A DNA stretch of 64,000 nt from Amoebidium appalachense (Eukaryota > Protista > Ichthyosporea): assembly GCA_963693365.1 (NCBI GenBank), contig CAVNZM010000001.1:12817918-12881917 (forward strand), in the 5' to 3' direction. Position 1 is the stretch's first letter. Each line of letters starts with the position of its first letter. Shown piece after piece: positions 18,426 to 30,872 of the stretch. Both the position numbers and the translations under genes were made by a program. The notes under the pieces are model-generated. The model was given only the letters and a program-made list of their open reading frames with translations. It was not told the origin of the DNA and ran no database searches.

Positions 18426-18900
18426 TGTAAAATTATATAAGTATTTGGGACGGAAGCAGAGACACAGTGGTGCAGTGTGAAAACACCACCGTGACAGACA
18501 CACAACAACAAAACACGGAACGATCGGAGCAGTGTACACAACAGACATCAATGTTTAGACACGACTGAACTCAATTTATTTCGATCTCGCATATATACTT
18601 GAAATTCCCTTAAGACAAATCCTACATGATTTCCGACCAGTCGGAAATCAGATCTATGTCTAAAGTAACCAATCACAATTAACTGATTATTTCCTGGATA
18701 GATCCGGAGACACAGGAACGCACACCATAGGTCACAGCTATAAGAAAGTATTGAGGTGAAAAGTAACGAGGAAAGAGGTGATGTTTCTAACCTATCACCG
18801 GCTACAAAGACTGTGTCTCAGACATTTTCTGACTAAGCCTACTGATTGGATACAGTACGGCAACACACAAAACTAAAGTGGTTGACTAAGCTATGAATCA
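18426..18900 (-). mobile_element. Partial LTR (minus orientation) truncating the DIRS element
   Basis: Minus strand ends ..TTTTACA at 18426, with TATATA (~18597) followed by AATAAA (~18580); abrupt composition change. Confidence 0.45.
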
Positions 18901-18918
18901 TACGTTACCGACGCCCCC

Positions 18919-19272
18919 ATGCCTTACGAAATTCAGCGGGTTGGGTCAACGGACACCGTTCGGGCACACGCACGTCACTTAAAGCCGTATTTTCCCTGGG
19001 ACGACGTTGATATGACGCCAGCCGACTCTGGTCCGCAAGATTCACCCACCCCCACCTTCGAAGTGGCAAAAATTATTGCCCACAAGTACGACTCGGCAAC
19101 TGCCCAAGCCCTTTACAAAGTTCGTTGGAAAGGGTACACGGCTAAGAACGACACCTGGGAACCTCACTCCGGCCTGCAAGACACAGCCGCAGGAGCACTC
19201 ACAGACTACCTAGGTACTTTGGTGGCCGGCCCTGCCAGCCAGCCCGCACGAAAGAAGCGCCGACGTCGCTAA
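18919..19272 (+). pseudogene. Integrase C-terminus with chromodomain (chromovirus fragment)
   Basis: PYEIQ..VRAHARHLKPY (GPY/F module tail), then FEVAKIIAHK..LYKVRWKGYTAKNDTWEP. Confidence 0.88.
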
Positions 19273-19337
19273 CTTCCCTCAGCCTGGTGGTTTACCGTCT
19301 CCAGACCATACCACCAGGCTCCCGAGAAGGGGGGGAG

Positions 19338-19955
19338 TGTAAACATCTGTACACGCCGTACATGTTTACTATTACGACTATACTGTACATATCATAGTGA
19401 TCACGTAGATATTGTGTACATATGATCAGATCAATATCACACGTGACAGCCGCGGGCTGCGGCTCACGACTGAGCCGCGGCGCCGGTAATATGCAGTGGC
19501 CGTGCAGTCAGTACGAACCAATAGGAATTCGAGAACCGCCGCTAGGATAGGAATGCAAGTCTCATCCACAACGGAGGCGACATCTATAGCTAAACGAACG
19601 GAACCAATAAGGAAATCAGACCCAGTTGCATAAAACTAAACGGGCTTAAGTGTTGACCAATCAGTTTGCCACAAAGTTATCCTTTTAGTTAGCTTCATGT
19701 TATTGGTGCACTGTGTGCAATGGCATAAAGACGACCGCAACTTCTGACTGGTCAGAAGTCGCGAAGGCATCAATGCCACCCATCCAGATGATCCGGAACC
19801 TGGGGGCTATATAAACAAGCCGTCCCAGTACGGGGGATAACTCTGAACGAGCACATTAAATAGTAACCTGGCCGCGTGTGCCTTACTACCCGTTCTCTGT
19901 CTTTATTCTGATTCAGTTGTTCTCTGCCTTATCCCAACTAGTTCAACTGTTTACA
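19338..19955 (+). mobile_element. 3' LTR (~618 bp) of the chromovirus fragment
   Basis: Polypurine tract GAGAAGGGGGGGAG at 19324-19337, termini TGTAAACA..TGTTTACA, internal CCAAT boxes and TATATAAA at ~19808. Confidence 0.85.
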
Positions 19956-20024
19956 GTAACGCTCTCGTATGTATGTTTTTTTTGTTTTTTTCTTTTGACT
20001 GGATTTATTCGATATAAATGTTCT

Positions 20025-20290
20025 ATGTATAGTCGTATGTATATACCTAGTAGGTTATACATTGTATATCCATATGGATATACATAGGTTATACATTGGA
20101 TATACATAGAATATCCTATGTATAGTGCAATGTATATGCATCGGATATCCTATGTATAGTGCAATGTATATACATCGGATACCCTACGTATAGTGCAATG
20201 TATATACATCGGATATACATATGACATACGCTTTACGACATCCATAAACCCTATGGATGTCGTAAAGCGTATATCCAATGTATATACATA
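20025..20290. repeat. AT-rich ~34-bp tandem repeat plus a 21-bp perfect inverted repeat
   Basis: TATAGTGCAATGTATATACATCGGATATCCTATG units; ATACGCTTTACGACATCCATA-aaccc-TATGGATGTCGTAAAGCGTAT. Confidence 0.85.
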
Positions 20291-20448
20291 AGACACTCCG
20301 TTTACCCCATGGAACTCTTTACACTATCGTAAAGAGGTCGTGCAACCACTCCATATGAACTCGCGGTGTGCTTTACGATGGGTGACAGGTTTAAGCCATC
20401 GGAGATGGCATTACGAGGGGTATACGATCCCCGGTGGAGATTGCTTAT

Positions 20449-23400
20449 GTAGAGGCAACAACTGTCGTAGGGACTGCAAAACGTGAGACTGTCTCACCCG
20501 AACGGAAGGGTACTCAACCGTGCCCACCACCTGCTCGCCAAGGGCAAATAGAAACTCAACAAACTCATTATAACAAACCTCCAAAATAGCCGGGTTCCGC
20601 TGCGCACGGCGAGTAACTGGTTTAACTTGTGCTTGAAACCGCGAGATAAGAGGTGGCGGTTAGTCTGAGTAGCCCCGCCGAAGTGAACAGGGAAGGAAAC
20701 CGAAAATTGTACAGGGGAATGGTCCGAACTTAGTACGCTGTAAGGAATCAGGTGGGGAAATTACTCGAAGGGTGGAGTCCCAAAACGAGGCACCCCAGTC
20801 AGTCGCGTGGTTAGCGAAAACGCGAGGAAGACGGACAAGGTGCTTTCGAAGAAGGTTGGCGAGGACACGAGCACGGTCAGAAAAAGGACGAAACTGTGCC
20901 AGGGACGGGGTATGTTCCCTATCACACGGAACCACTGGACAATTGAAGTCACCGATAAAAACTTGAGGAACGGGAATTTGGTTAACCACGGCTGACAAAG
21001 TGTCAGTACCTAACGACGGAGGAAAGTACACGAAAGACAAAGTCCACGCACGAAACTGAATGGTGACGAAATACTCATGCGCCGCAATGACCCTGCAATC
21101 CGAGCGAATGCTAGGATTGGCTAAAACCGCGATGCCGCCTCGGGAGAAACCAGTCGATGACGAAGACCCAATCAAAAATCCGGATTGCTCCAACTGATGA
21201 TGATTGTAGAACCATGTCTCGGCAAGAACAACAAAAGAATAGGTACGAACAGAGTCGAAAATGTATTGCAATTGCGGGGATTGTAAACCATGAACATTCC
21301 AAAACAAAAAAGAAAGAGGTTGAGATTGTTGAGCCATTTAATTTCCGGCAGCGGCCTGCGGTGTGCCAATCCGATCCAACCACGCACGATAAAAAGCCGC
21401 CACCTCCTGGGCCGCAGTCACATGGCGGGGGGATCCGTCCGCCCGCTCGAAAAAGGCCACCTGTTTCTGCAACCGCCCGTGAAGCATGTCCACAGCGGTT
21501 TTGCCGGCGGCCATAAATTTCTGTTGCCGAATGTTACTGAGCGCATCAGGCTGAAAAGCCGCCGAGTCCAGAATTTCGAGGTGCAGAAGGTTGCGCAGCT
21601 TGGTGCACAACTCACACCGGCACGAACACCCCCGTGTGTGGCGTCTGTAGCCTTCGCCGACGACACAACATGGTTTGGCCCCAACAAGGAGAGCATCCAG
21701 CAAACTCTCACCTTATCTGCCCCCTTTTTTTACTACCATGACTTGGAACCACACCCAGACAAGTTTTCAGTCCTCGCCCGTGGTACCCCAACACGGGCAA
21801 CAGTGGCCCCCCTGCAGCACCGCAAATCCCCGGGAGCACCACCCCTACCCATTCAGATCGAGCCCCCCGATACGCACATCAGAGTGCTAGGGGTCAACAT
21901 CACCCTCCAACGACACACCCGCCCCAACGATGGGAAGGCCATGCAGCTGACATTACGGGCCACCACCATACTAGCCCGTAAAATGCTGGCACCCAGCCAA
22001 GTGATCTACGTAGCCAACAGTGTGGTGGCCCCGGCCATCCTCTTCCTCCTCAAAGGGTCAGTCATCAGCAACACCACCATGCAGGTAATCGACAGCCTCA
22101 AGTGGAGAGACCTACTCCGTCGGAAGTGTGGATTCCACCGGAGCACCCCGTCCGGGCTGCTACACCATCCCACTCTAGGGGGACTGGCCAGCATCGTCGA
22201 ATCAGCAGCCAGCACCATGGTTACGGAGCTGTGTGCCCTGCTGGAAACACCAGGACCAGCAGGGGACGTGGTCCGGTACCGAGCCTGGCAGCAGCAACAC
22301 GTGACAGGCCTACCCTACCCACCCCTGCAAGCACCCCCAGCCAAACTTTACAGGCTAGGGGGAAAGCAGCTCCACAACTATTGGGCCCATATCATGGGGA
22401 TCCTTCACGAGCGGCACCTGAGTATTGGGGAAACCCCCCCAAAAAAAAACACAAGCCCCCCCCCCCCCCCCCCCCCCCCCACCCCCCCAAGGAAAAGGAG
22501 GGGAAGCAGCAACAACAACCAGCACCCCTATCAACACCGTTTTCCCGGACCACACCTTTGCGGCCCACATCGGCCCCCCCACACACCCCCGTCAACTCTA
22601 CACGGTGGAGGACACCATGGTACGGCCGGGGGTGTTCCGGGCGTTCCCCGAACTGCCCCACCCCCCAGACCTACTACACCCGGGAGCTACACAGTGGTAC
22701 AGGTCATGATCATCAAGGGGCCATCCCCATCGCAGCCCAACTACGGCCAGCACCCAGACCACACACCCACCACACCATTGACCTCGTGGCAAACCACCCC
22801 GTCGGTGCATTTGTGGTGGAAATAGTCAAGAACGGGCAATACGAACTCAGCCAGGTGGTGGCCCACACCACCCACAACGGGGAGGCTTGGGTCAAAATAG
22901 CCCATCTACGGGACAACACAGAGGAGGAGGGGCTGAGATGGCACCGACCCACGTGGAACGACCCACATATGGAACAGCCCATTTCCGTTTTTGCCCCGGT
23001 GACTGCAAATATGGCCACTCCCCATGGAACCTGGCCTACACCCCGGCCACCCTCTCCCCCAGCCCCGGGAACGCAGACGGAAAGGGGGAAGGGTCAGACA
23101 CGGAGCCAGAATCGGAGTCGACGGGGCCCAGCGACGACTCCGACGACTCAGAGGACTCTAGCACTGACAGTACCAACAGCAAATACGAGCCCCCTGAGCC
23201 CCCAGCCGATAACCACACCCACAACAAGCAGTGTGTGGGGTGGACCTGTGCTGTGGAGGTGATACGGGCAGACCCCTACGTGGCCTTCAAGACCCGAATC
23301 ACCACCCACATGGTAGTCCCGAAGTACCACAAGGACTTCAGGATCGACATCTACCAAGTGATTGCACTGAAGGATGGCTCCGATCCGGCTGAGCAGTGGA

Positions 23401-24145
23401 GGAAGATACACCATTTTCGGCGGCATCTTCTCCCCCACCAACAGGGATCCACCTGCAAGCCAACGAGGAGGCCACACCCTTGCCGGGGGACCTCCCCGGC
23501 CCAACCCCCCCCCAGCAGCCACCACCGGTAGGGTCACCACCAGGACACAAGTGCACGGCCCACCCGGCTGACCTGCCGAGCCCACCCACTCCCCGTAGGC
23601 TCACCTACACCGACTTGGTGCCCCAGGCCACCTATGACGAGTGGCAGCAGCAAATCACCCGGATCCCCCCAGACCAACCGATCACCGTTTAAACGGACGG
23701 CAGTCTCATCCACCCGGGCAGGAGGATAGCACAGGCCGGAGCCGGGGCTGTGCTGCAGTGGACACCCCGGACCGGAAAGCACCACCAGTGACGGCCAAGA
23801 CCAGGCTCCATACGGCCCTATCATCCACCCAAGCCGAACTCACAGGGGTACTACTAGCCCTCCTGCTCACCCCCACCACCACCCCCATCCACATCAAGCT
23901 CGATAACCTCGGAGTAGTCGACCGATGGGGGGCAAACATGGACCCCACCACACCCCCTCGACGTAAGCTAAAGTTCCCCCACATAGTGGAATGGGCTCAC
24001 GTACGAGACCAACTCTCCCTACGGCAACCAGGCTCTGTACAGGTATCGTGGGTGAAGAGGCACCAATCCAACACCAAACGGTACGGTCAACGGAATAACG
24101 AGGCAGACAAGGCAGCCAATGCAGGAAGAGCCCTCCCCCCCCCCC

Positions 24146-24191
<46 letters not shown>

Positions 24192-26604
24192 ATACTTCCT
24201 ACGACTACAAGGCCACCGTATCCCCCGGGCCGGCAACATTCCCGGTACACTCAACCGGTTGAACAAGGACTTCCTCACCGACATGGCCGGCAACTGACCA
24301 AGGCTATGTCCATACTAGCCGACCCCAGACTACTCCCAGCCGAACGAAACCCCCTCAAGCTCAACAAGGGGCCCGCACAGGCAACCATCGGGGCCGTCAG
24401 AGGTAACATTCGTAGCCTGTCCCTGGCCATGGGCACCCTGCCTACCATGACACGGCTACACCGAGATCACCCCACCGTCGTTACACAGCCCACATGCCCC
24501 CGGTATAGCCAGCACCCTGAGACCACCACGGCACCTCTGGGCCTGCCCGGCCCATGCCGGGGCTCGAGGTCCCCACCCTGACCACGGCCATCACAGCCTG
24601 CATCCACAACGTCCTGCACACTCGTCATCCAAACACCCCCACGGCACAGCACCACCATACGGCAGCCACGGTGGTAGACCAATGTGCATGGATAAACTGG
24701 ATAGGAGGCAACGGTGGCCCACCAGACCACGAAGACATCAAGTGGGTCGAAGGGGTATTCTGCCCACGCTCGGTGGGCCCACTACTTGCAGCCACCGGCA
24801 CCACCAAGACCACCATCCGGGCCATCATAGGAAAAATCACAGTAGAGTTGCAGTCCTTTTTCTTTTCGAAAATTTGGCACCCACGGAACACAACACTCCC
24901 CCCCACCCACCCCAAAATGCAAAAACACCACCATATACCCACCACCTGTAGAAAGAAAAGTATGGCTCCCTGTCAAAAACCCAAGACCGTGACACCAACA
25001 AATACACCCCCCACACACACCCGGCCAGCCTGTTCTGACTGCCGGAACACACACAGACCCAGTGTGCCCTGTAAAACCCACCTTTTAGTCAGCAAAAACA
25101 TCGCCACAACATACGTACAACAACACATAATGTTAGGCAGCAACCCCCCCCCCCCCCCCACCACCACCACCACACCCCATCATCCACCCATACCCACCGT
25201 AAATACTATACACAACACGTAGGACTTCCCAATACTGTAGATCGACCAATGAGAGCCCTCGGTTAACGTTTATTGCTAGGTTTTGAATGGAGGGGAGGAC
25301 TGGAGCCTCCGAGTCCTGCCGGCGTGGCTGGGGTAGTAGCCCTGGGCAAACTGTGTACTTATAGTTAGGTTGTGAAGGATGGTTTAGCTTAGCTGAACTC
25401 ATAGATAGCACCTTAACTACTAGTAGTGTACTGTCGGTGCTGTGTGGTAGACGGTAGTTTCCCTAGAGGCCCTCCGGGAACTAAACGTGATTAAAAAAAA
25501 AAAAAAAAAAAAAATTGGTGCACAACTCAGCCTCGTAGTCCTCCTCAACAAGAAGCTCAAGTACACGGCCGCCGATGAAGGAATAATTGCGAATTTTGCT
25601 GGTGCGCACACGAATTGCCCGAAAATCTTGCTTGATCTGCGAGATGGGGCCGCGAGCAAGGGTGACGTAGACGGGTTTGAAAGCGGGAGAGTGAGAACGG
25701 GCTTGGTCCTGACGTGGCATGGGGTTGACAGGACGGGGACGGCACCGTTCACGAAGGCGCTTGACAGCGGCCACAAAGCTGTCAACAGCCTCAGGCTTGC
25801 CCTTGACCGAGCCAACCTTGTTGGCCTCCTCACGAAGTGCGTCCTCCTCGGAGCGAGCAGCGGCGGCAGCATAGGAAACGGTTATGGAATTGGCAGGGGG
25901 GGCGGCTCCGCGAATCTCCGACCGTTCCGGAATGACGGTGGGAATGCGAGGGCCACCACCGTTAGGGGGAGAGGCCGCAGCAGCTGCCGCAGCGGCCGGC
26001 CCCACCGGCTGCTCACGGGAAGGGGCGAAGACGTATCGATGAAACGAGCCAGGGTGGCGTTGAGTTCCTTCACCTGTTGCAGGAGCTCAGTCACTTGGAC
26101 GAGGCGGGCATTTTCATCACGTAGGTCCTTGTCAATGAGTTGGTCTGTGTTGGTCTTGGGTTTCTTAGCGGCTGGGATGGAAGGTTGTGGAGTAGACAAC
26201 ACAACCTGCTGACTCGCCTATTGGGACTCAAAATCCAGGATGTCGTCGGAGTTTTCGATAACGAGGACACCAAACCGGTTTGCATGTTGGGGCGGGGGGA
26301 ACTGCTCGGGACTGTGCACCCGCTTGCCATCGAGAGGGACGAGGTCGTGTTGGGAGGCCATGGTGTTCAATGCCGGGCCTGAATAAAACAAAAGATGTAA
26401 AACGGTATATATACTGATTCAGAAAGGGAATTCAAATCCGATGACGTAGGTAGTTACTAGTAATCAATCAAGAAAGTCAAAATCATAAGACGTAGTCCGA
26501 ATAAAACAAAAGATGTAAAACGGTATATATACTGAAAGGGAATTCAAATCCGATGACGTAGGTAGTTAATCAATCAAGAAAGTCAAAATCATAAGACATA
26601 GTCA
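20449..26604 (-). mobile_element. LINE family A copy 1 (5' UTR, ORF1, APE start of ORF2; 3'-truncated; interrupted by LINE B)
   Basis: APE motifs FWNVHGL, VLAETW, GGIAV, VYFPP, FIGDFN (20660-21337); near-identical to 27639-28311 + 34103-35610; ORF1 ATG at ~26362. Confidence 0.92.
21615..25514 (+). mobile_element. LINE family B, 5'-truncated non-LTR element with RT, RNase H and zinc fingers
   Basis: AFADDTTW, IRVLGV; RNase H TDGSL, SSTQAEL, IKLDN, SWVK.H, NNEADKAA; poly(A) tail 25493-25514; 15-bp TSD TTGGTGCACAACTCA at 21600-21614 and 25515-25529; frameshifted. Confidence 0.93.
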
Positions 26605-27380
26605 AGCTTACCATGAAACTTGCGGAGGCTTACCATAAACTGAAAATTTGATGGTATTTTCGAAAAGTTTAGGGTATTTTTTACCGTAAAAACGGGGTTA
26701 TGGCCGGGCCTGGTGCAGGCTGTGAAATTAGGGGGTTTAGAGGCACAAAAATGCCCCTGAAAACCCGAAAAGTGTCCCTAACTTTTGGAGGTTATGTCCA
26801 CTGATTTTTGAGCTTGTGACCCTATTGGGGTCATAGGAAATTAATCACAATGTATATAAAGCATAATAAAAGCTTGAATACTTGTCTAACCTATTACTGT
26901 TATAGTCGTTTTAGAGGGAAGAAAAGGTGTTGGTTTAACACAATCTCTTAAAAGATTGTTGTTTCAAGCCCCGTGCCTGGATATACGGCTTCTGAATGTT
27001 CACCTGCCGAGATAGCCCAAAGCACTAATTTTGATCAGTTTCCGTTTGAAGCCTGATTATGCCGTGTATTGATATGATGTTGTTATCATTGTTTAAAAAA
27101 ATATAGGGGACATTAAATCCTTTTGCATAGTGATTTGATATCACCCAGAAACCGCTTGGCGAACCTACGTATACTAAGCATATCCATACTGTACCAACCT
27201 CACAAACCTCTCACACACCGGTACAAACCCACACATATTAGTCTCACATGCACACACATTATACATACTCTTGGTATATCCAACGATATACTGAAAGTAA
27301 GATAAACGCCAGATATACTTGCTTAAAACCGATTTCTTGATATATATGCAGCATTTACATTAGGGGTCAAAAAATACCCC

Positions 27381-27630
27381 GTAATTCTTGTTTTCATCGC
27401 CGCTGGTGCCACTTTTGTGCTGAACTTTTTAATCGCAAGCATGTTGATAGGTGTGAGTTTTTATGTCGCGTTTTACCTCTTTCCCTACGGGTGTCTGCTA
27501 CACTAGCTGGCAATGTGAACACTTTAGACTTTTTGTTGAATTCTGTTGGTCGTCACATTGAGTATTTATATGATTTTCACACAGTGTTCAGGTATCTCAG
27601 TATGCACTTGTTACTGGATAACTTGTGAAG
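27381..27630 (+). mobile_element. LINE A 3'-end fragment fused to the 5' end of LINE A copy 2
   Basis: Matches 37575-37823 almost base for base. Confidence 0.9.
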
Positions 27631-29304
27631 ATTCGTGAGACTTTCTTGATTGATTAACTCCCTACGTCATCGGATTTGAATTCCCTTACAGTATATATAC
27701 CGTTTTACATCTTTTGTTTTATTCAGGCCCAACACCATGGCCTCCCAGCACGACCTCGTCCCTCTCGATGGCAAGCGGGTGCACAGTCCCGAGCAGTCCC
27801 CCCCGCCCCACCATGCCAACCGGTTTGGTGTCCTCGCTATCGAAAACTCCGACGACATCCTGGATTTTGAGTCCCAACAGGCGAGTCAGCAGGTTGTGTT
27901 GTCTACTCCACAACCTTCCATCCCAGCCACTAAGAAACCCAAGACCAACACAGACCAACTCAAGGACCTACGTGATGAAAATGCCCGCCTTCGCAGCCAA
28001 GTGACTGAGCTCCTGCAGCAGGTGAAGGAACTCACGCCACCCTGGCTCGTTTCATCGATACACCTTCGCCTTCCCGTGAGCCTCAGCCGGTGGGGCCGGC
28101 CACTGCGGCAGCTGCTGCGGCGTCTCCCCCTAACGGTGGTGGCCCTCGCATTCCCACCGTCATTCCGGAACGGTCGGAGATTCGCGGAGCCGCCCCCCCT
28201 GCCAATTCCATACCCGTTTCCTATGCTGCCGCCGCCGCTCGCTCCGAGGAGGACGCACTTCGTGAGGAGGCCAACAAGGTTGGCTCGGTCAAGGGCAAGC
28301 CTGAGGCTGTTTGTCGTATCCTATTGTGTATGTACTAGAGACGCGGCACTCTACTAAGTGTACACACACGAAAAGGAACGAACGTGTACGGAAAAACGGT
28401 AAAGTTTATTCAGACCAGGCTCCGACGGGCAAAACTTAGATCCGTACGGAAATTCAGGAGGCTAAGTCACAACTGAGGCCATCAAGGCCGTGCCCTCAAA
28501 GATCATCATCACCTGGCCCCCTACGATGCCACATTCCAAACATTCCGATCTACTTTTATCGTGCGCCTGCACGAGCTAAGTCGATCTACTCAACTAATAT
28601 ATTTATCCATGTCTCACCCCTCACCCTCCCCCTAGTGGCACCGCAGAGTCTAAATCTACATTTCATACTATCCTCCCCCCCCCCGGCTCCCTCCCCCCCT
28701 TTCCTCTACATCTAAATATATAAATACGTTTGGCAACATACACTATCAAACCTTTCCAATACTTACAAAAGGGCTTCTGCCCGAACAATCACATTCCTAA
28801 GTCCTCCTACGATCTATCCTACACCCTAATTAGAATTCTATTGGTCGGCTGTCCCGGCTGACGTGGTCCAATGCCCTGCGCCGGCAGAGGCAAGATGCAC
28901 GCAGCTGTACAGCTATCTTGAGGCCCCGGACTTGATCTTGATGATCTGTGGACCCGGGCCACCCCCCCCCCCCCCCCCCCCGATCTCGATCGTAGACTTA
29001 GGCTAATCTGCTGAGACGGATTAGTATATGTCAACTCCCCCCCCGGCCCCCGGAAAAGCTGAGTCCCACCTCAGTCACATTACATCTAACACCCCCTAAA
29101 AAGACATAGACTAATCAGTCTCCCAAAAAAAATTAAAATTAAATAAATTACGAAGAAGAATAATAAATTAATCTACACCATATAAGATTGATACCTACGG
29201 AGACACCTATGATAATAAATTAAATTCCTACGACTACGTTCACACTCCTCCTCGGTCTCCTCCCCCCCCCTCCCCCTCCCCCCGTGTGTCTACGTGTATT
29301 TGCA

Positions 29305-30872
29305 TCACTCCCCCCCCCCGGCCCCCTCTCCCACCGACTTTTTCACACCACGATTAAACTGAGGAATAACTCTCTTTGGCCTAGAGGGAGCACTAGGCAA
29401 CTCCCTCTGCACTAATCTAGCCTCATAAGCACGAATAGAAAACGGGCAATCCAAATGAAACTCAGGCAACCACTGATCTTCCTGATAACCTCCCTCAAAA
29501 CGAATTAAATAATAATTTACCTTACCTTCCTTACCTTCGATAACCTTTTTATTCATAATTTTATCTACTGCAGCCTCCGATGCATCCACCGACCCGTCAT
29601 AGTCGGGGGTGAATGCATCTAACACTCGACGGCCCTCCGGCCGTTTAACCCTAAGGGCCCTATCATAATATTCCTTTATATCATCTACATTATAAAATCT
29701 AACATCACTCTCATTATCTAACCTCTGCACCTTATATTCCGTCGGACCTAACCTAGCCACTATTTTATACGGGCCAATGAAAAGAGGCAACCATTTCTTA
29801 CCATACTTACGAAGACCTTCACCTTCACCCTTACCTTCCTGCTCCTGCTTATATCTCTTTTTCCTAGTATGATCCCTAATTAAAACTAAAGTACCCTCGG
29901 CAAATTCACGTAACGGACGTGTGGACACGTCTGCACGTGTCTGTGCCTGCTGTGTACGGGCCAGAGCTGCATCACGTGCAGCCCGGGCCCGGGTTAGTAG
30001 CTGTTCCCGGAACTCAGTCCAGTGGGGATAAGTTAGTCGGTCAGCCCCCCCCATTGGCAAAAGTGCCGTATCTAACAAACTAATAGCCTCCTGCCCATAG
30101 ACCAAATAAAACGGAGAAAAACCAGTCACAGCATGAGGGGTAAATTATATGAATGAGCAATAAACCTAGACATATGATCCCAATCATTAGCCTCCACATC
30201 CACCATTTTGCCAAAGGACTTCTGAAACACTGCATGCACACGTTCAGAGATGGCATTTGCTTTAGGGTGATATGCAGACGTAGTGATATGAGCTACCCTT
30301 AAAATTTTACACACCTCCGACACCAACTGATTTAAAAACACACGACTCCTATCCGTTAACAAAACACGAGGACAACCAAACCTAAGACAAATTTCATCCA
30401 CAAAAATACGAGCAAACAAAACGGCATTAGCAGTGGGGAGAGGAAAGACTTCAACCCAACGAGTGGCCACATCGGTGACGGTAACAAGAACAGTGTTACC
30501 CTCAACCGTAGAATTAAAAGGACCGACCACATCCACTGCGACCCTTTCAAACATACGAACATTAAAATCCCTAATAAACGACGGGCGGGAACGAGAGTGG
30601 GGACTCTCATTCCTTTCCTGACAATGCATGCATGACAACACATAATCCCTCACCTCCCTACTCATACCCGGCCAAAAATACGAACGATTAACACGAAGCA
30701 ACGTCCTATTTACACCTAAATGACCAGCCATGGGATGCTCATGCACCATATGCAAAACCTCAGGCACAAGTGCCGTCGGGACCCAAACTCGGTGTCCGTC
30801 TGGCCCAGAACAATGATAAACTAAATCCTGCTCTACCTGACACATTTTTGCTAACTTAGCTACCTTAATCAT
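29305..30872 (-). pseudogene. Gypsy integrase with chromodomain (frameshift at ~30127)
   Basis: HHCC HEHPMAGHLG..YFWPGM..CMHCQ; VAVDVVGP, LTDRS, NAISER; TGFSPFYLVYG; FIGPYKIV; chromodomain VDKIMNKK..YYLIRFEG..DQWLPE. Confidence 0.93.

Noticed and set aside
21290-22825. 511-aa ORF as a novel gene
   Set aside because: Chimera of antisense LINE A ORF1 and LINE B RT across the insertion junction at 21614/21615
24135-24190. Poly-Gly insertion in LINE B RNase H
   Set aside because: Copy 2 has an interrupted, shorter run; pure homopolymers here (and at 39013, 59030) may be slippage or consensus artefacts
26860-27070. hAT transposase C-terminal remnant
   Set aside because: Only a vague resemblance, with stop codons; not supportable
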